Notes: generated from the letters alone by a model not told the origin. DNA of 61,702 nucleotides, filler included, from Squatina squatina (GCA_031763465.1; 3 parts of 3 records of this genome joined end to end with filler, not necessarily neighbours in it), one strand, 5' to 3'; positions 25,880-39,064 are shown, numbered from the whole stretch's first letter. Program-made: numbers and translations.

Positions 25880-26175
25880 TTCCACTTGTGTGTGGGACGA
25901 GAACTATGGGTCATAAATATAAGATAGTCACTAATAAATCCAACAGGGAATTCAGGAGAAACTTCTTTACCCAGAGAGTGGTGAGAATGTGGAACTCGCT
26001 ACTACAAGTAGTTCAGACGAATAGCATAGATGCATTTAACGAGAAGCTGGATAAGGACACGAGGGAGAAACAAATAGAAGGATATGTTGATGGGGTTAGA
26101 TTAAGAAGGGTGGGAACAGGCTTGTATGGGGCATGGATGTGTTGGGCCCAATGGCCTGTTTCTGTGCCGTGAATA
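25880..26175 (+). mobile_element. CR1 LINE 3' end
   Basis: Translates as GHKYKIV...RRNFFTQRVVRMWNSL; ends with tail gggcccaatggcctgtttctgtgc. Confidence 0.85.
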
Positions 26176-26702
26176 CTTTGCTCAGGTCTCATTTTGTCTA
26201 CCTTTTCGGCCACCCAGTAACCCTTTTTTGTTTTTGAGTTGCTCTCTCAAATTTGCTCAATTGCCATCTGACTGAGAAAGCAGACAGACCACTTGCTCTC
26301 CTGGCTCTGCCAGTAACACCCTATAACCTGCTGCTAGGAAGTGAGGGTGGCTCTCCTTCTTGGGACCATACTGTGTGGAATTGCTAGCACAACCCTCTTC
26401 TCCTACCAGTTCACCGAGAGGTGCATTGACATACTGACATATTGCAATTATCTATAAACATCTAATGCTAACTCTTCCAAAAGTAGAATTTGGTAAACAT
26501 AGGGAACTGCGTAATATTTATTAATCCGGAGCGTTATTGGAGTAAACACTGCAATCTTAGAATCTGGTGAAGTAGAGTGGCACAGTTCTCAAAGGATTAA
26601 TAAGACACCTTCAAGATCCTTTAGCATAATCAAGTATTGACAAAACCTTCCTATTCCTGTACTATGCATCAAGTGGAAATAATGCTTTTGGTGAGGTATC
26701 CT

Positions 26703-28958
26703 CTAGCGCACTACTAAGCAGGCTACACATAATTTTGAAGGCCCTATGCAGTCATTGTGGCAGAAAGCTCCACATCCTTTACACATAATCATGGCTTTAA
26801 GCCTGCAAGAGCACTTCAACTCTAGTTCTTCACCACCACTGTTGTCAGAAAATTTATGAGCTGGAATGGATGTGTTCTGGTTAGACAAAGTAATAGCGCT
26901 GTTTCCACTACTTCCCAAAAAACTACCAATGGACTGTTCAATAACAGAAGCAGCTCGTTTTAAATTAGTGCCACTGAAATGTAAAGTGGAATAATTTCCA
27001 TAGAGTTGGTGGTGCTGCAGAAGTTTCTGAGTAGCAAGCTGTGAGGCTGGTTTACTAGACTCAGAGGGCAGATGAGAAGAATAGTCAGATTCATTTACCA
27101 TTTTACCTAAAAAGACATCCATTGCTGGTCCAAAAACCTGTTCTTTTGTTTCATAATGAACACTTGAAATATCTTTGAGATCCACTGCACAACTATGGTT
27201 TAGACCATCATCAACAGAAAACTGTTCCATTATAATACCACTACAGCTGTCAGTTGTAGCAAGCAAACTCATTCTTTTATTGGTTTCCATAGTAACTGAT
27301 CCTCGGTTTTGATCAGGAGGCACTTCGCGTTCACTTAGTGAAGCAAGATGTTTTACAGATTTATTCTGGGCGGTTTGTGTTGCTCTGCAGCTGGCATCAG
27401 TTTGCTTAATTTTAAGACGGTTTGAAAAAACAGTTTCTGCGCTTTCCTGATCTGTGTCCGCTGATGTATCCACTTGTGCTGTCAAGTTAAATGCTGGGCT
27501 GCTTCCCTCTAGATGTTGGTTGAATGTTAATGCATTTGGAATGGCATAGCCCAGTGTGGCTGGTGGGGTAGCTTGCAGTGAGGCTTCTGCTTCAGCCAAT
27601 CCTCTCAATGNNNNNNNNNNNNNNNNNNNNNNNNNNNNNNNNNNNNNNNNNNNNNNNNNNNNNNNNNNNNNNNNNNNNNNNNNNNNNNNNNNNNNNNNNN
27701 NNNNNNNNNNAGCCAATCCTCTCAATTTACAAGACTTTTGGTGAGTGTGCTGTCTCTGTGAGATAGGGGTTGCAACAGTCAAGCTGTCACTGCTGGTCAA
27801 CAAACTCTGCTCAAAATTACATGCAGGTCTCTTGTGTTCTTTAAACTCTGGGCTTTCAGCGGCTTTGTGCTGAATGAAAGTCTTGTTTATCCACTCCTGT
27901 TTAAATAATGTCTGCCGTTCCCCTGATTGATCCTGATCTATGTTGAGTGGAGTCTGTGCCCACATTTTTACTCCTACAGCAGTGAACTGCTTTGCTTGCT
28001 TAAACCTACTTTGTGACTGTTCCTCTATTGGCTTAGTCTGCCTCTTGCTTACTTGCATGTCACGGGTTTTGCATTGAATCTGCCATACTGTTCCCCAAGT
28101 ATGCCCCTTCGAGGTCTGAGGAATGTTAATGGCGACATCTCTATCAGCTGCAGTCACTTTGGATTCAGCAGAACCTCGAGAGGGCAAAGGAAGCCTATTA
28201 ATTTCAAGCCTGGCACCTGACCGAAGCTGAGGCAGCACTTTCTCCAGAGGCAAGTTGCCTTGCAGCAACTGTGTCACAAGAGGGTTATTAACTTCGACTG
28301 ATGAAAGATGACGATTAGCGCTTCCAGGCGCAGGAACTCTTTCTTGGTTTTCCAGAGCTGCTAATGTGAAGGTCTGAGACTGGTTTGTACCAAAAGGTGT
28401 TTTAGCGTTTTTTGTTTGCAAATTTTCCACTACTGGATTGATTTGAGGATGAACTGCATTCTCTGTGGCATTACGCTTTTCCTGATATTCTCCTTGTTTA
28501 GTTTCAGAGCCATGCGCATTGGACAAATATTTTTCCTTTTGTCCAGACTGGTCAGCTTTGTCCTCGGCAGAAATGCTAGGAAACTCTAATTTTCTTTCTT
28601 TTGTGTCTGTGTATTCTTCAGGGTTTGTATAAGTGTCCAATTTGTCACTCTTCACTGTACTATCGTCATACTCTTCATGGTTATCCAAGCTGTGGCTTTC
28701 GTTATTGTAGCTCACTAGCTCACTGTTACTTTGTGTTTCTTCATTAACATGATAACCTGATTCACTTTGGTTTGAGACATTTTGCTCCTGGTTATTACTA
28801 ACCATTCCTTCCAAATCTGTCGAGTTTTTAACTGTAAAACAGTGATGCTGCAGATCAGTAAGTTCAAACTGTAGACCAGCAGTGTCTGCTGTTTCATGTC
28901 GGAGTGCAGGTCCTTGTGAGTCTTTAGAGGGTAGCAGTAGACTGTCATTCTCTTGTTC
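26703..28958 (-). CDS. ASXL3: ASXL3 last coding exon (5'-partial), including ASXM2 and the C-terminal PHD finger
   Basis: [21 protein letters not shown]...[19 protein letters not shown] and [41 protein letters not shown] are ASXL3-type. The frame stays open upstream of the track start to the scaffold end. Confidence 0.95.
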   Translation of the reverse strand, partial: EQENDSLLLPSKDSQGPALRHETADTAGLQFELTDLQHHCFTVKNSTDLEGMVSNNQEQNVSNQSESGYHVNEETQSNSELVSYNNESHSLDNHEEYDDSTVKSDKLDTYTNPEEYTDTKERKLEFPSISAEDKADQSGQKEKYLSNAHGSETKQGEYQEKRNATENAVHPQINPVVENLQTKNAKTPFGTNQSQTFTLAALENQERVPAPGSANRHLSSVEVNNPLVTQLLQGNLPLEKVLPQLRSGARLEINRLPLPSRGSAESKVTAADRDVAINIPQTSKGHTWGTVWQIQCKTRDMQVSKRQTKPIEEQSQSRFKQAKQFTAVGVKMWAQTPLNIDQDQSGERQTLFKQEWINKTFIQHKAAESPEFKEHKRPACNFEQSLLTSSDSLTVATPISQRQHTHQKSCKLRGLAXXXXXXXXXXXXXXXXXXXXXXXXXXXXXXXXXXLRGLAEAEASLQATPPATLGYAIPNALTFNQHLEGSSPAFNLTAQVDTSADTDQESAETVFSNRLKIKQTDASCRATQTAQNKSVKHLASLSEREVPPDQNRGSVTMETNKRMSLLATTDSCSGIIMEQFSVDDGLNHSCAVDLKDISSVHYETKEQVFGPAMDVFLGKMVNESDYSSHLPSESSKPASQLATQKLLQHHQLYGNYSTLHFSGTNLKRAASVIEQSIGSFLGSSGNSAITLSNQNTSIPAHKFSDNSGGEELELKCSCRLKAMIMCKGCGAFCHNDCIGPSKLCVACLVVR

Positions 28959-28959
28959 T

Positions 28960-29059
28960 NNNNNNNNNNNNNNNNNNNNNNNNNNNNNNNNNNNNNNNNN
29001 NNNTTAATTAATTAANNNNNNNNNNNNNNNNNNNNNNNNNNNNNNNNNNNNNNNNNNNN
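28960..29059. other. Artificial scaffold-concatenation spacer
   Basis: 44 N, then TTAATTAATTAA (stops in all six frames), then 44 N. Confidence 0.95.
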
Positions 29060-29109
29060 ATATTGGTTTGCACTCGATCCTGATTATTTGAAAGACCAGA
29101 GTATGTTAA

Positions 29110-29660
29110 TTGCAACAAGTCCCAGGACATCGAAGCAGCAGTTCCTCAGGGCAGTGTTCTAGGCCCAACCATCTTCAGATGCTTCATAAGGTCAGAAATG
29201 GGAATGTTCGCTGATGATTATGCAGTGTTCAGTTCCATTCGCAACTCCTCAGATAATGATGCAGTCTGCGCCCACATGTAGCAAGACTTGGACAGCATTC
29301 AGGCTTAGGCTGATAAGTGGCAAGTAACAATCGCACCACACAAGTGCCAGGCTATGATCATCTCCAACAAGAGAAAGTTTAACCACCTCCCCTCAGCTTT
29401 CAATGGCATTACCATGGTCAAATCCCCCACCATCAATGTCCTAAGGGTCACCATTGACCAGAAACTCAACCGGACCAGCCACATAAATACTGTGGCAACA
29501 AGCGGAGGTCAGAAGCTGGGTATTCTGCGGTGAGTGACTCACCTCCCAACTCTCCACAGCCTTTCCATCATCTACAAGGCACAAGTCAGCAGTGTGCTGG
29601 AGTAATCTTCACTTGCCTGGATGAGCACAGCACTTTCAGAAGGCTTTCGACAAGGTCCCA
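29110..29660 (+). mobile_element. CR1-clade LINE (second family, FADD-type RT) fragment
   Basis: Translates in pieces as VPQGSVLGPTIF, GMFADD and LGVTIDQKLN; decayed. Confidence 0.85.
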
Positions 29661-30289
29661 CATNNNNNNNNNNNNNNNNNNNNNNNNNNNNNNNNNNNNN
29701 NNNNNNNNNNNNNNNNNNNNNNNNNNNNNNNNNNNNNNNNNNNNNNNNNNNNNNNNNNNNNNNATATTTAAAAACAATTACCTTCAAGTTAAATCCAGCT
29801 CTCGAGGAATTAAAATGATCAAAACAGCCAGAGGATTGAGAGATGGGCGAGGCAAGAAGGGGAATTACTAATGTGAGGAGCAACATTCCACAGACATCAC
29901 TGAATAGTGTGTGGAAAGTTGCTGCTCACATATCACTTTGAATAGTCAACTGGCTCATCTCGGACTTTGTCAAGAAGGAGAATAGCAGGTAATGGTTTCT
30001 AGTGACCCACACCCAACAGCGGGTAGTAGCTGCGACAACTGGCAGCCCCCGCTGGCCAGCCTCTGGAGGGTCAGAGGTCAGCTGGCTTCCTATCCAAGAG
30101 GAAGGGATGGCTTGAGGCAGTGACCAGTGCCACTGCCCCATAACATGGAGAATATCCAAAATTTGTAACATATACGTAGGGCCAATATTGGAATGTTCTG
30201 CAGGTTTAGAGATACTACACTTGATGCACTAGAGTTGGACCAAACAAAGGCAACAGCATGATTCTGGACCCCAAATCCTATGACTGGGA

Positions 30290-31250
30290 TATTAGCAAAA
30301 GGTAAGGCTGAAACATTTCCAACCATCTTCCACCAAAAGTGCCGAGTGGATGATCCATCTCAGCCTCCTCCTGAGGTCCCCACCATCACTGATTCCAGTC
30401 TTCAACCAACTCGATTCACTCCGCGTAATATCAAAAAATGGCTGAGCGCAACGGATTCAACAAAAGCTCTGGGTCCCGACAACATCCCAACTGTAATGCT
30501 GAAGACTTGTGCTCTATATCATCTCAGCCCCAGGACATTGCTGCAAGAGTTCCTCAGGGCAGTGTCCGAGGCCCAGCCATCTTCAGCTGCTTCATCAGTG
30601 ACATGCCCTCCATCATAAGATCAGAAGTGGGGATGTTCGCTGATGATTGCACAGTGTTCAGTTCCATTCGCAACTCCTCAGATAATGAAGCAGTCTATGC
30701 CTACATGCAGCAAGACCTGGACAAAATTCAGGCTTGGTCAAGTGGTAAGTAACATTTGACACAAGTGCTACAAATGACCATCTCCAACAAGACAGGATCT
30801 AACCTCCTCCCCCTAACATTCAACGGCATTACCATCGTCGAATCCCCCATTAACATCCTTGTTGTCACCATTGCCCAGAAGCATAACAGTATAAATATGC
30901 TGGCTACAAGAGCAGGTCAGAGGCTTGGTATTCTGTGGTGAGCGACTCACCTCCTGACTCCCCAAAGCCTTTCCACCATCTACAGGGCACAAGTCAGGCG
31001 TGTGATGGAATATTTTACACTTGCCTGGATGAGTGCAGCTCCAACAACATTCACGAAGCCGCACACCATCCAGGACAAAGCAGCCCGCTTGACTGACACC
31101 CCATCCATCCACCACCTTAAACATTCACTCCCTGCACAACATGGCTGCAGTGTTTACCATCTATAAAATGCAGTACAGGAACTCGACAACAGCACCTCCC
31201 AAACCTGTGATTTCTACCACCTAGAAGGAAAGCAAATGCACGGGAACACC
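30290..31250 (+). mobile_element. CR1-clade LINE (FADD family) internally deleted fragment
   Basis: Translates in pieces as KALGPDNIP, VPQGSVRGPAIFSCFISDMP and GMFADDCTVF. Confidence 0.85.
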
Positions 31251-31254
31251 AACA

Positions 31255-31838
31255 GAGAGGTGGCAGAAATATTAAATAATTATTTTGCTTCAGTATTTAC
31301 CAGGGAGATAGAACAAGTGGACACAACATTGGGTGACGATATTAGTAATGAGATAGAGTACATTTAAACTAAAAAGACAATATATTAAATAAACTAATCA
31401 AACTCAGGATAAAATCCCTGGTCCACATGGATTGCATCCACGCATTTTAAAAGAATCTAGGGAAGAGATAGCAGAGGCATTGTGACACATATTTAATAAT
31501 TTATTAGAAAAAGGTGTAGTGCCAGAAGACTGGCAGATAGCTAATGCAAGAAGGNNNNNNNNNNNNNNNNNNNNNNNNNNNNNNNNNNNNNNNNNNNNNN
31601 NNNNNNNNNNNNNNNNNNNNNNNNNNNNNNNNNNNNNNNNNNNNNNNNNNNNNNCAAGTCATTAAATATATTCAAGAAGGAGATAGATATATTTCTTGAT
31701 ACTAAAGGGATCAAGGGATATGGGGAGAAAGTGGGAACATGGTACTGAGTTGGGCGATCACCCATGGTACTGAATGGCGGAGCAGGCCCGAGGGGCTGAA
31801 TGGCCTACTCCTGCTCCTATTTTCTATGTTTCTATGTG
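31255..31838 (+). mobile_element. Classical CR1 fragments (ORF2 piece, gap, 3' tail)
   Basis: Translates as AEILNNYFASVFT, PGPHGLHPRILKE and GVVPEDW; tail aatggcctactcctgctcctattttctatgtttctatg. Confidence 0.85.
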
Positions 31839-32650
31839 AGCAGGCTATTGGTGAGCAAGTGTCGCTTGATAGCACCGTCTATGACACCATCCATCGCTTT
31901 GCTGATGATTGAGAGTAGACTGATGGGGCGGTAAATGGCCAGATTGGATTTGTCCTGTTCTTTGTGGACAGGACATACCCGGGCAGTTTTCCGCATTGTC
32001 AGATAGATGCTAGTGTTGTAGCTGTAATGGCACAGCTTGGCTAGAGGTGCGGCTAGTTCTGGAGCACAAGTCTGTATCCAGTGTGCTCAGCCGTTACTGG
32101 TTACTGTTACTATCTGGTAAATCATTAATTGAAATAATTTTGTTCTGGAGTATGCATTGAATTCCATATGACTGCACCCACATCTATTCAGATTTGAGTT
32201 TTTTTTCGCCCACAAAATTGTAATTATTGCTCCTGCTAAACCTAGTGTTCAGTTAAGCTAGGAGAAGGGGATATGATTGACTCTTAAGGCCTAATCAAGG
32301 GCTCAGTGAAACAGGGATAGTTGCTAGGCACTACAACCCCCAAAAGGAGGAACAGTGCAATAAGCTGAAGCCTGCATAAAGACAAGATCATAAGGCTGCT
32401 TTCTGCCAACAGCATTTAGTTTAATAAGAAAACAGAATTTTTACTATTTACTTCATATGAGAAAAATAGTGTCTGATGTACCACATTACTGGATGTACTA
32501 GGAGTCTTTTAAATGCATATTAACATACAAAGTAATTGTATGGCGTACAANNNNNNNNNNNNNNNNNNNNNNNNNNNNNNNNNNNNNNNNNNNNNNNNNN
32601 NNNNNNNNNNNNNNNNNNNNNNNNNNNNNNNNNNNNNNNNNNNNNNNNNN

Positions 32651-32990
32651 CCACGGCCCTCTGGGGTAGAGAATTCCAAAGATTCACAACCCTTGGAGTG
32701 AAGAATTTTCTCATTTCAGTCGGAAATGGCCGACCCCTTATTCTGAGACTGAGACCCCTGGTTCGAGACCCCCTAGCCAGGGAAAACATCCTCCCAGCAT
32801 CTACCCTTTCAAGCCCCTTAAGAATTTTATCTGTTTCAAGGAGATCACCTCAAATTCTTCTAAACTCTATGGAATATAGTCTTAGTCCACTCAATCTCTC
32901 CTCATAAGACAATCACCTCATCCCAGGAATCTGTCCAGTGACCCTTTGCTGCACTTCCTCCAAAGCAAGCACATCCTTCCCTAGTAAGGA
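32651..32990 (-). mobile_element. CR1 LINE 3' fragment
   Basis: Translates as SRTRGLSLRIRGRPF...FFTPRVVNLWNSLPQRAV. Confidence 0.85.
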
Positions 32991-33261
32991 TATTAAAAAG
33001 TCAAAACAACATTACTAAAGAAAAAGACAATTTTGAAAAACAAAATAAACTTATGCCGAACTATCCTATAATACTTTTTTCTGAACTAGAGACAAAAAAA
33101 AAAATTCTGTGCAGCAGGCTGAGACTCTCTCGACCCATCTGCATGCCCGATGCAAACTGTGNNNNNNNNNNNNNNNNNNNNNNNNNNNNNNNNNNNNNNN
33201 NNNNNNNNNNNNNNNNNNNNNNNNNNNNNNNNNNNNNNNNNNNNNNNNNNNNNNNNNNNNN

Positions 33262-33444
33262 AAGCTGAGCACAAATAGCTCTGTTAAGTATAGGCCCTTT
33301 AACGTTTAAGTTTGCACGTGTTCGAACGCTCAAATTCTGAAGTGACTAATTGGGGGCTTAAAGGAAAAATTTCAAAGAGTCCCTTTTCCAGCGCTAAATT
33401 CGGCGCTTGGCGCTACCAACGCCCAAAACCCGAATTGGGCGCCC
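33262..33444. mobile_element. MITE end with TIR GGGCGCCCAATTCGGGTTTT
   Basis: 33425-33444 is the exact reverse complement of 54737-54756. Confidence 0.65.
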
Positions 33445-33984
33445 TATATCCTTGAGCTCTTATGAGACTGGATTCTCCATGCTACAATAGGGAACATATA
33501 CAACATTAGTCTATCTGTTATGCATAAATGCACCATTATGTTGTTTACTAGGGAAAATATATGATCACTGACCTCATGAAAAAGTGGCTGAAGAAGATGG
33601 TCTCCAAGATCTGCTGTACAGTACACAGCTTTGCTATTTGGACTTAAACGTGCAGAAGTTGAAGATGGAGGCCGAGCTGTATGATTGAGCTGAGAAGACA
33701 ATAACCCTGAAGATATCCCTACTGACACAGCTTTGCAGCCAGCAAGTGCAGTATAAAAACTGAACAGCCTGATTCATATATACTAATCAATGATCAATAC
33801 CCCAGTATATCTTAACCAAAGACTAACCATGTGAACCTTCGAAACACTTCTAATTAGGAGGGACAAGTGAGCTGGCTGTCTGCTGGGTATCATTGGGAAT
33901 TTCTTGGGATTGAAAAGGTATTTCCTTATGCTAGCTCATGATACTATCCTGCAACTGATAGTACCATGTGAAGTGTTATGGTGT

Positions 33985-34720
33985 TAGGAAGAATGGAAAA
34001 GCAGAATTGTTTTGTAAAAGGTGAGAGACTAGTAAATGTTGGTATTCAGAGGGATTTGGGAGACCTAGTACACGAATCACAGAAAGTACAGCAAGCAATT
34101 AGGAAGGGAAATGGTATGTTAACTGTTAATGCAAATGGGTTAGAGTATAATAGTAAGGAAGTCTTGCTACAATCATATACTGCTTTGGTGAGACCTGGAG
34201 TACTGTATACAGTTTTGATCTCCTTACCGAAGGAAGGATCTACTTGCTTTGGAGGTGATGCAACAAAGATTCACCAGATTGATTCTTGAAATGAGAGGGC
34301 TGTCCTATGAGTAGAATGGGCCTATAATTCTGTGGAGTTTAGAAGAATGAGAAGTGATCTCATTGAAAAGTATAAAATTAGTAGAGGGCTTGATAAGGTA
34401 GATGCTGAGTGGTTGTTTCCCCTGGCTGGAGAGTCTAGAACTAGGGTCATAGTCTCAGGATAAGGGGTTGGCCATTTAGGACTTAGCTGTGGTGAAATTT
34501 CTTCATACAGAGGGTTGCGAATTTTTGGAAATCTCTACCCAGTATATTCAAGACTTAAATTGATAGATTTTGGGCACTAAGGGAATCAAGGGATTCGAAG
34601 ATAGGGTGGGAAGTGGAGTTTATGTGGAACGTCAGCCTTGATCTTATTGAATGGCGGAGCAGGCTCGAGGGGCCAAATGGCCTACTCCTGCTCCTAATTC
34701 TTATGTTCTTATATTCTTAT
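33985..34720 (+). mobile_element. CR1 LINE 3' portion
   Basis: Translates in pieces as QRDLGDLVHES and KEVLLQSYTALVRP; ends with the CR1 tail. Confidence 0.85.
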
Positions 34721-34957
34721 GGAAGAGGTGTGTTTCTTTGCCTGTAGGGATAGACAATAAATGCTGGCCTTGCCAGCGATGTCCACAACCAACGAATAAG
34801 CAAAAAAAAGTATATCAACTTTTAAATACTTTGGGGGTTGAGTCAGGATTGCCACTTNNNNNNNNNNNNNNNNNNNNNNNNNNNNNNNNNNNNNNNNNNN
34901 NNNNNNNNNNNNNNNNNNNNNNNNNNNNNNNNNNNNNNNNNNNNNNNNNNNNNNNNN

Positions 34958-35090
34958 TTTGACCAAGTCTTTGGTCATCTGCCCTAATTTCTTCTTATGG
35001 TGACCAATTTTTGCCTTAAAATACTCCTGTGAAGCGCCTTGGGCTGTTTTATTACGTTAATGGTGCTATATAAATGCAAGTTGTTGTTGC
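34958..35090 (+). mobile_element. L2 LINE 3' tail
   Basis: ctcctgtgaagcgccttggg...gctatataaatgcaagttgttgttg, the same tail as 41937-42243. Confidence 0.7.
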
Positions 35091-35504
35091 CTTAGTTATG
35101 TGTTCTGTAACTCCACCACATTTTCTGTATTTCACCAAAAGTGATAGAGAGAGATATAGAAACAAAGAAATAGAGGGAGAGGGAGAGAGACAGTACTGAA
35201 GGGCAGTGCAGGTGCCACAATTACCCTTCCATGGATGAATGGTCATTTTCAGAAAGTGTAATCTAGGTCATGGAATACTTTCCAACAGTGACACAAGGTG
35301 ACCTGCTGATATTTTCAAATAGACTTTCTTGGCAAATCACAAAATGATATTGCATTCTTCTGCATAGATTATTATCGATCATAACTTCCTCGTTGTTTCA
35401 GCACGTTTTTCTTTGTTTTGTTTTTTGAGCACTGTGTATTTTATATTTCAGGTGCTACAGAAGTAGTCAGCAAGTTGGACATTAATGAAGAAGAGTTTTC
35501 CTGA

Positions 35505-35962
35505 AGAATTACAAAGTACTTACAGCACAGAAACAGGCCATTTGGCTCAACAGGTCCGTGCCAGTGTTTATGGTCCACACAAGCCTCCTCCCCCGCCGGT
35601 CATCTCACCCCATCAACATATCCTTCCGTTCCTTTCTCCCTCATGTGTTTATCTAGTTTCCCCTTAAATGTATCTGTGCTATTCGCCTGAACCACTCCCT
35701 GTGGNNNNNNNNNNNNNNNNNNNNNNNNNNNNNNNNNNNNNNNNNNNNNNNNNNNNNNNNNNNNNNNNNNNNNNNNNNNNNNNNNNNNNNNNNNNNNNNN
35801 NNNNAGCCTCCTCCCACCCCTCTTTATCTCACCCGATCACCATATCCTTCTATTCCTTTCTCCCTCATGTGTTTATCCAGCTTCCCCTTAAATACATCTG
35901 TACTATTCACCTCAACCCCTCCCTGTGGGAGCGAGTTCCACATTCTCACCACTCTTTGGGTA
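35505..35962 (-). mobile_element. Two related CR1 3'-end fragments either side of a gap
   Basis: 35581-35704 and 35805-35930 are similar to each other and to the reverse complement of 25880-26175. Confidence 0.7.
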
Positions 35963-36549
35963 AAGAACCATGTATAAGCGCTCAGTAATTAGCACCATCT
36001 CTCTCCTGAACTAATCTGTACTTTCCTGGGATCTTAAACCTCTGGAACTCATTCCCTCCCTCAATCTTCCCTTTCTCCGACAATCTACAGGTTTTGAAAA
36101 GCCGAGCTTGCTGTCACCTCCCCATTACCAAGTCTTCTCGTTCCTTCTCCACGGTCCTTTGCTCCTCACCCTGTTTTCTCAATTTAAAGATAAAGCTGGA
36201 GTGCATATTTTACATACATGTGGAATACAAGTGGTAACAGTGAAAGCCTGTTCAAAGCACAGCAACCTTTATAATGTGTTAACTGTGCACTGTTTCTATT
36301 GACAGGGAAGCCATATAAATCCTTTTAACAAACACTTCTCGCGATAATGCATTTTATTTAGGATTTGCTGGAACACATTGCAGTTCTCACTTTCAAACTA
36401 GAAACTTTTTTTGGCAATGGGAGTAAGAAAAGTAAGAATTGATCATTTCATGATTTTTTTTTGAGTCCACAGGTGGTGCTCAAAATAAACTCCAGCTATT
36501 CTTCAGATTTTTTTGTTGTTGAGTAAATTGGTTTTGAAACTCTTTACAG

Positions 36550-36757
36550 ATTTTCTGAAGAAACCTTTAGAGAATTATGTTAAGAATTTACAAGTTCCAG
36601 TGAAGATAATTAGGATGGAACAACGATCCGGATTGATTCGCGCCAGGCTCCGTGGTGCAGCTGCTTCAAAGGGCCAGGTCATTACTTTCCTAGATGCACA
36701 CTGTGAATGTACTGTCGGCTGGCTCGAGCCCCTACTGGCAAGAATAAAAGAAAACAG
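36550..36757 (+). CDS. Polypeptide N-acetylgalactosaminyltransferase (GALNT1/GALNT13 subfamily) internal exon
   Basis: tacag|...|gtatat. Translates as (D)[68 protein letters not shown], with the catalytic DxH motif. Paralog ambiguous. Confidence 0.93.
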
Positions 36758-37904
36758 GTATATTGTACTGATGTCATCATTAGAAAAGAATAATACATCT
36801 GCCACATTTGATTTTTTTGTTAAAACTGCCTTTTTGAATCCTATTTAGTTTCAAAACAAGTCTGTGCCCAATCTCCGTTATTGTCCCACAGGTCAGAAAA
36901 GTAGATTTTGTTTCTACAAAAACATAAGGTATTGGGTGTGCTTGCAATTTTTGAATGTTATCAGGCCCTAATATGGGCCCGCTGAAGCATCATGTTTAAG
37001 CCGAGAATAAATTGAGTTTTTTCAGTTACAAAAAATCATTTTCTAAGCTTACCAATGTTTGAAATATAATATGGTGCATGTCTGAAGCCCCTTTCATTTC
37101 CTTCCTTATTTAACTTGAAACTCTTCCTTAGTTCCTGCCAAGGATCCGTATCATTGCAAAATATTTGAAGAATTTTGTCAATTTAAACTTTATCGAAATT
37201 ACCTGGTTTGAGAAAGCTGTCTGAAGGAGAACATTTACATCTGCTTCAGTTGGTTTGATTCTGGAGGGGCTGATGAGAATATATCTGGTGTGTGTGTGTG
37301 CAGAAAGAGCAAACTAAAAATACCAGTTTTATCTGTGGCTGTTGAATGTCAGCAGATGTGTTGAATTGCATAGAATTGTCTTGAAACTAAACCAAACATC
37401 TGGCAGAACAGATTTGAAAAACAACATTTCTAAAATGAGGGTACTGCCAAGTAAAGCATTTTATTTAATGTTTGTAGCTTAGCTTTTCTGTTCATACTGT
37501 TATAATCTTATTCTTTTGCTCTCTATTTAAAATAGATAGTAATTTATTCAAATAAAACCATCAAGGGTTTTTTTAGATTAAAAAAAAGAAACTTAATTTT
37601 ATCCTGAGAGCTTTGCGATAAATTTATGGAAATTTAATTCTAATTAAGTAGCTTCTTTAAATTATTAGTGCAGGGAATAATTAAAGGAGGATGCATTCCC
37701 TAGAACACAAATGTTTGGCAGCTAATAATGGAGAAAAATGAATGGAATTTTTTCAGAAACAGCAAAACGTCCATGCAGTGAAATGATAACTCTGGGAAAA
37801 ATGGCTATTTTTCCATTTTTAAAAAAGTTTTCCGCAGTTCTTCTGTTGGAGTTACAGAGGGTGAGCAGGAGAAACCTTTTGAAAATTAATTCTCCAGACT
37901 TTTT

Positions 37905-38990
37905 TTCTTAAATTCGTTCATGGGATGTGGGCATCGCTGGCAAGCTCAGCATTTATTGCTCATCCCTAATTGCCCTTGGTTGGTGGTGAGCCACCTTCTT
38001 GAACCGCTGCAGTCCGTGTGGTGAAGGAACTCCTACAGCGTTGTTAGGGAGGGATTTCGACCCAGCGATGATGAAGGATATAGTTCCAAGTCAGGATGGT
38101 GTGTAACTTGGAGAGGAACTTCAAGGTAATGGTGTTCCCATGCGCCTACTGCCCTTGTCCTTTTTAGGTGGGATTGGGAGGTGCTGTCGAAGAAGCCTTG
38201 ACGAGTTGTTGCAGTGCATCTTGTAGATGTACACACTGCCGCCATGGTGCGCTGGTGGTGGAGGGAGTGAATGTTAGTGGATGGGGTGCCAGTCAAGCNN
38301 NNNNNNNNAAGCGGACTGCTTTGTCCTGGGATGGTGTCGAGCTTCTTGAGTGTTGTTGGAGCTGCACTTATCCAGGCAAGTGGGCAGTATTCCATCACAC
38401 TCCTGACTTCTGCCTTGTAGATGATGGAAAAGTTTTGGTGAGTCAGGTGAGACACTCACTGCAGAATACCCAGCATCTGACCTGCTCTGTTGCCACGATA
38501 TTTATGTGGCTGGTCCAGTTAAGTTTCTGGTCAATGGTGACCCCAGGATGTTGATGATGGGAGATTCGGCGATGGTAATGCCGTTGAATATCAAAGGGAG
38601 ATGGTTAGACTCTTGCTTGTTGGAGATGGTCATTGCCTGGCACTTGTGTGGCGTGAATGCCCAAGCCTGAATGTTGTTCAGGACTTGCTGCATGAGGGCA
38701 TGGACTGCTTCATTTTCTGAGGAGATGCGAATGGAACTGAACACTGTGCAGTCATCAGCGAACATCCCCACTTCTGACCTTGTGATGGAGGGAAGGTCAT
38801 TGATGAAACAGCTGAGGATGGTTGGGTCTAGGACACTGCCCTGAAGAACTCCTGCAGCAATGTCCTGGGGCTGAGATGATTGGTCTGCAACAACCAGAAT
38901 CATCTTCCTTTGTGCTCGGTATGATTCCAACCAGTGGAGAGTTTTCCCCCTGATTCCCATTGACTTCAGAGTTACTAGGGCTTCTTGATG
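37905..38990 (-). mobile_element. CR1-clade LINE (FADD family) 3' portion including tail
   Basis: Translates as MGIRGKTLHWLESY...GVLQGSVLDPTILSCFINDLP...MFADD...RSVMEYCPLAW; tail ...gcccacatcccatgaacgaatt. Confidence 0.9.
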
Positions 38991-39064
38991 TCCTGTGTGC
39001 ATTCACTTTCCAGTTGCAAGAGTCCTTTCAAAGAGCAGGCTGTCCAGCCAATGCGGGCTGGACT

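Noticed and set aside
29004-29015. TTAATTAATTAA palindrome as a biological site
   Set aside because: It is centred symmetrically in 44-N flanks and repeated identically at 45135, so it is a synthetic linker.
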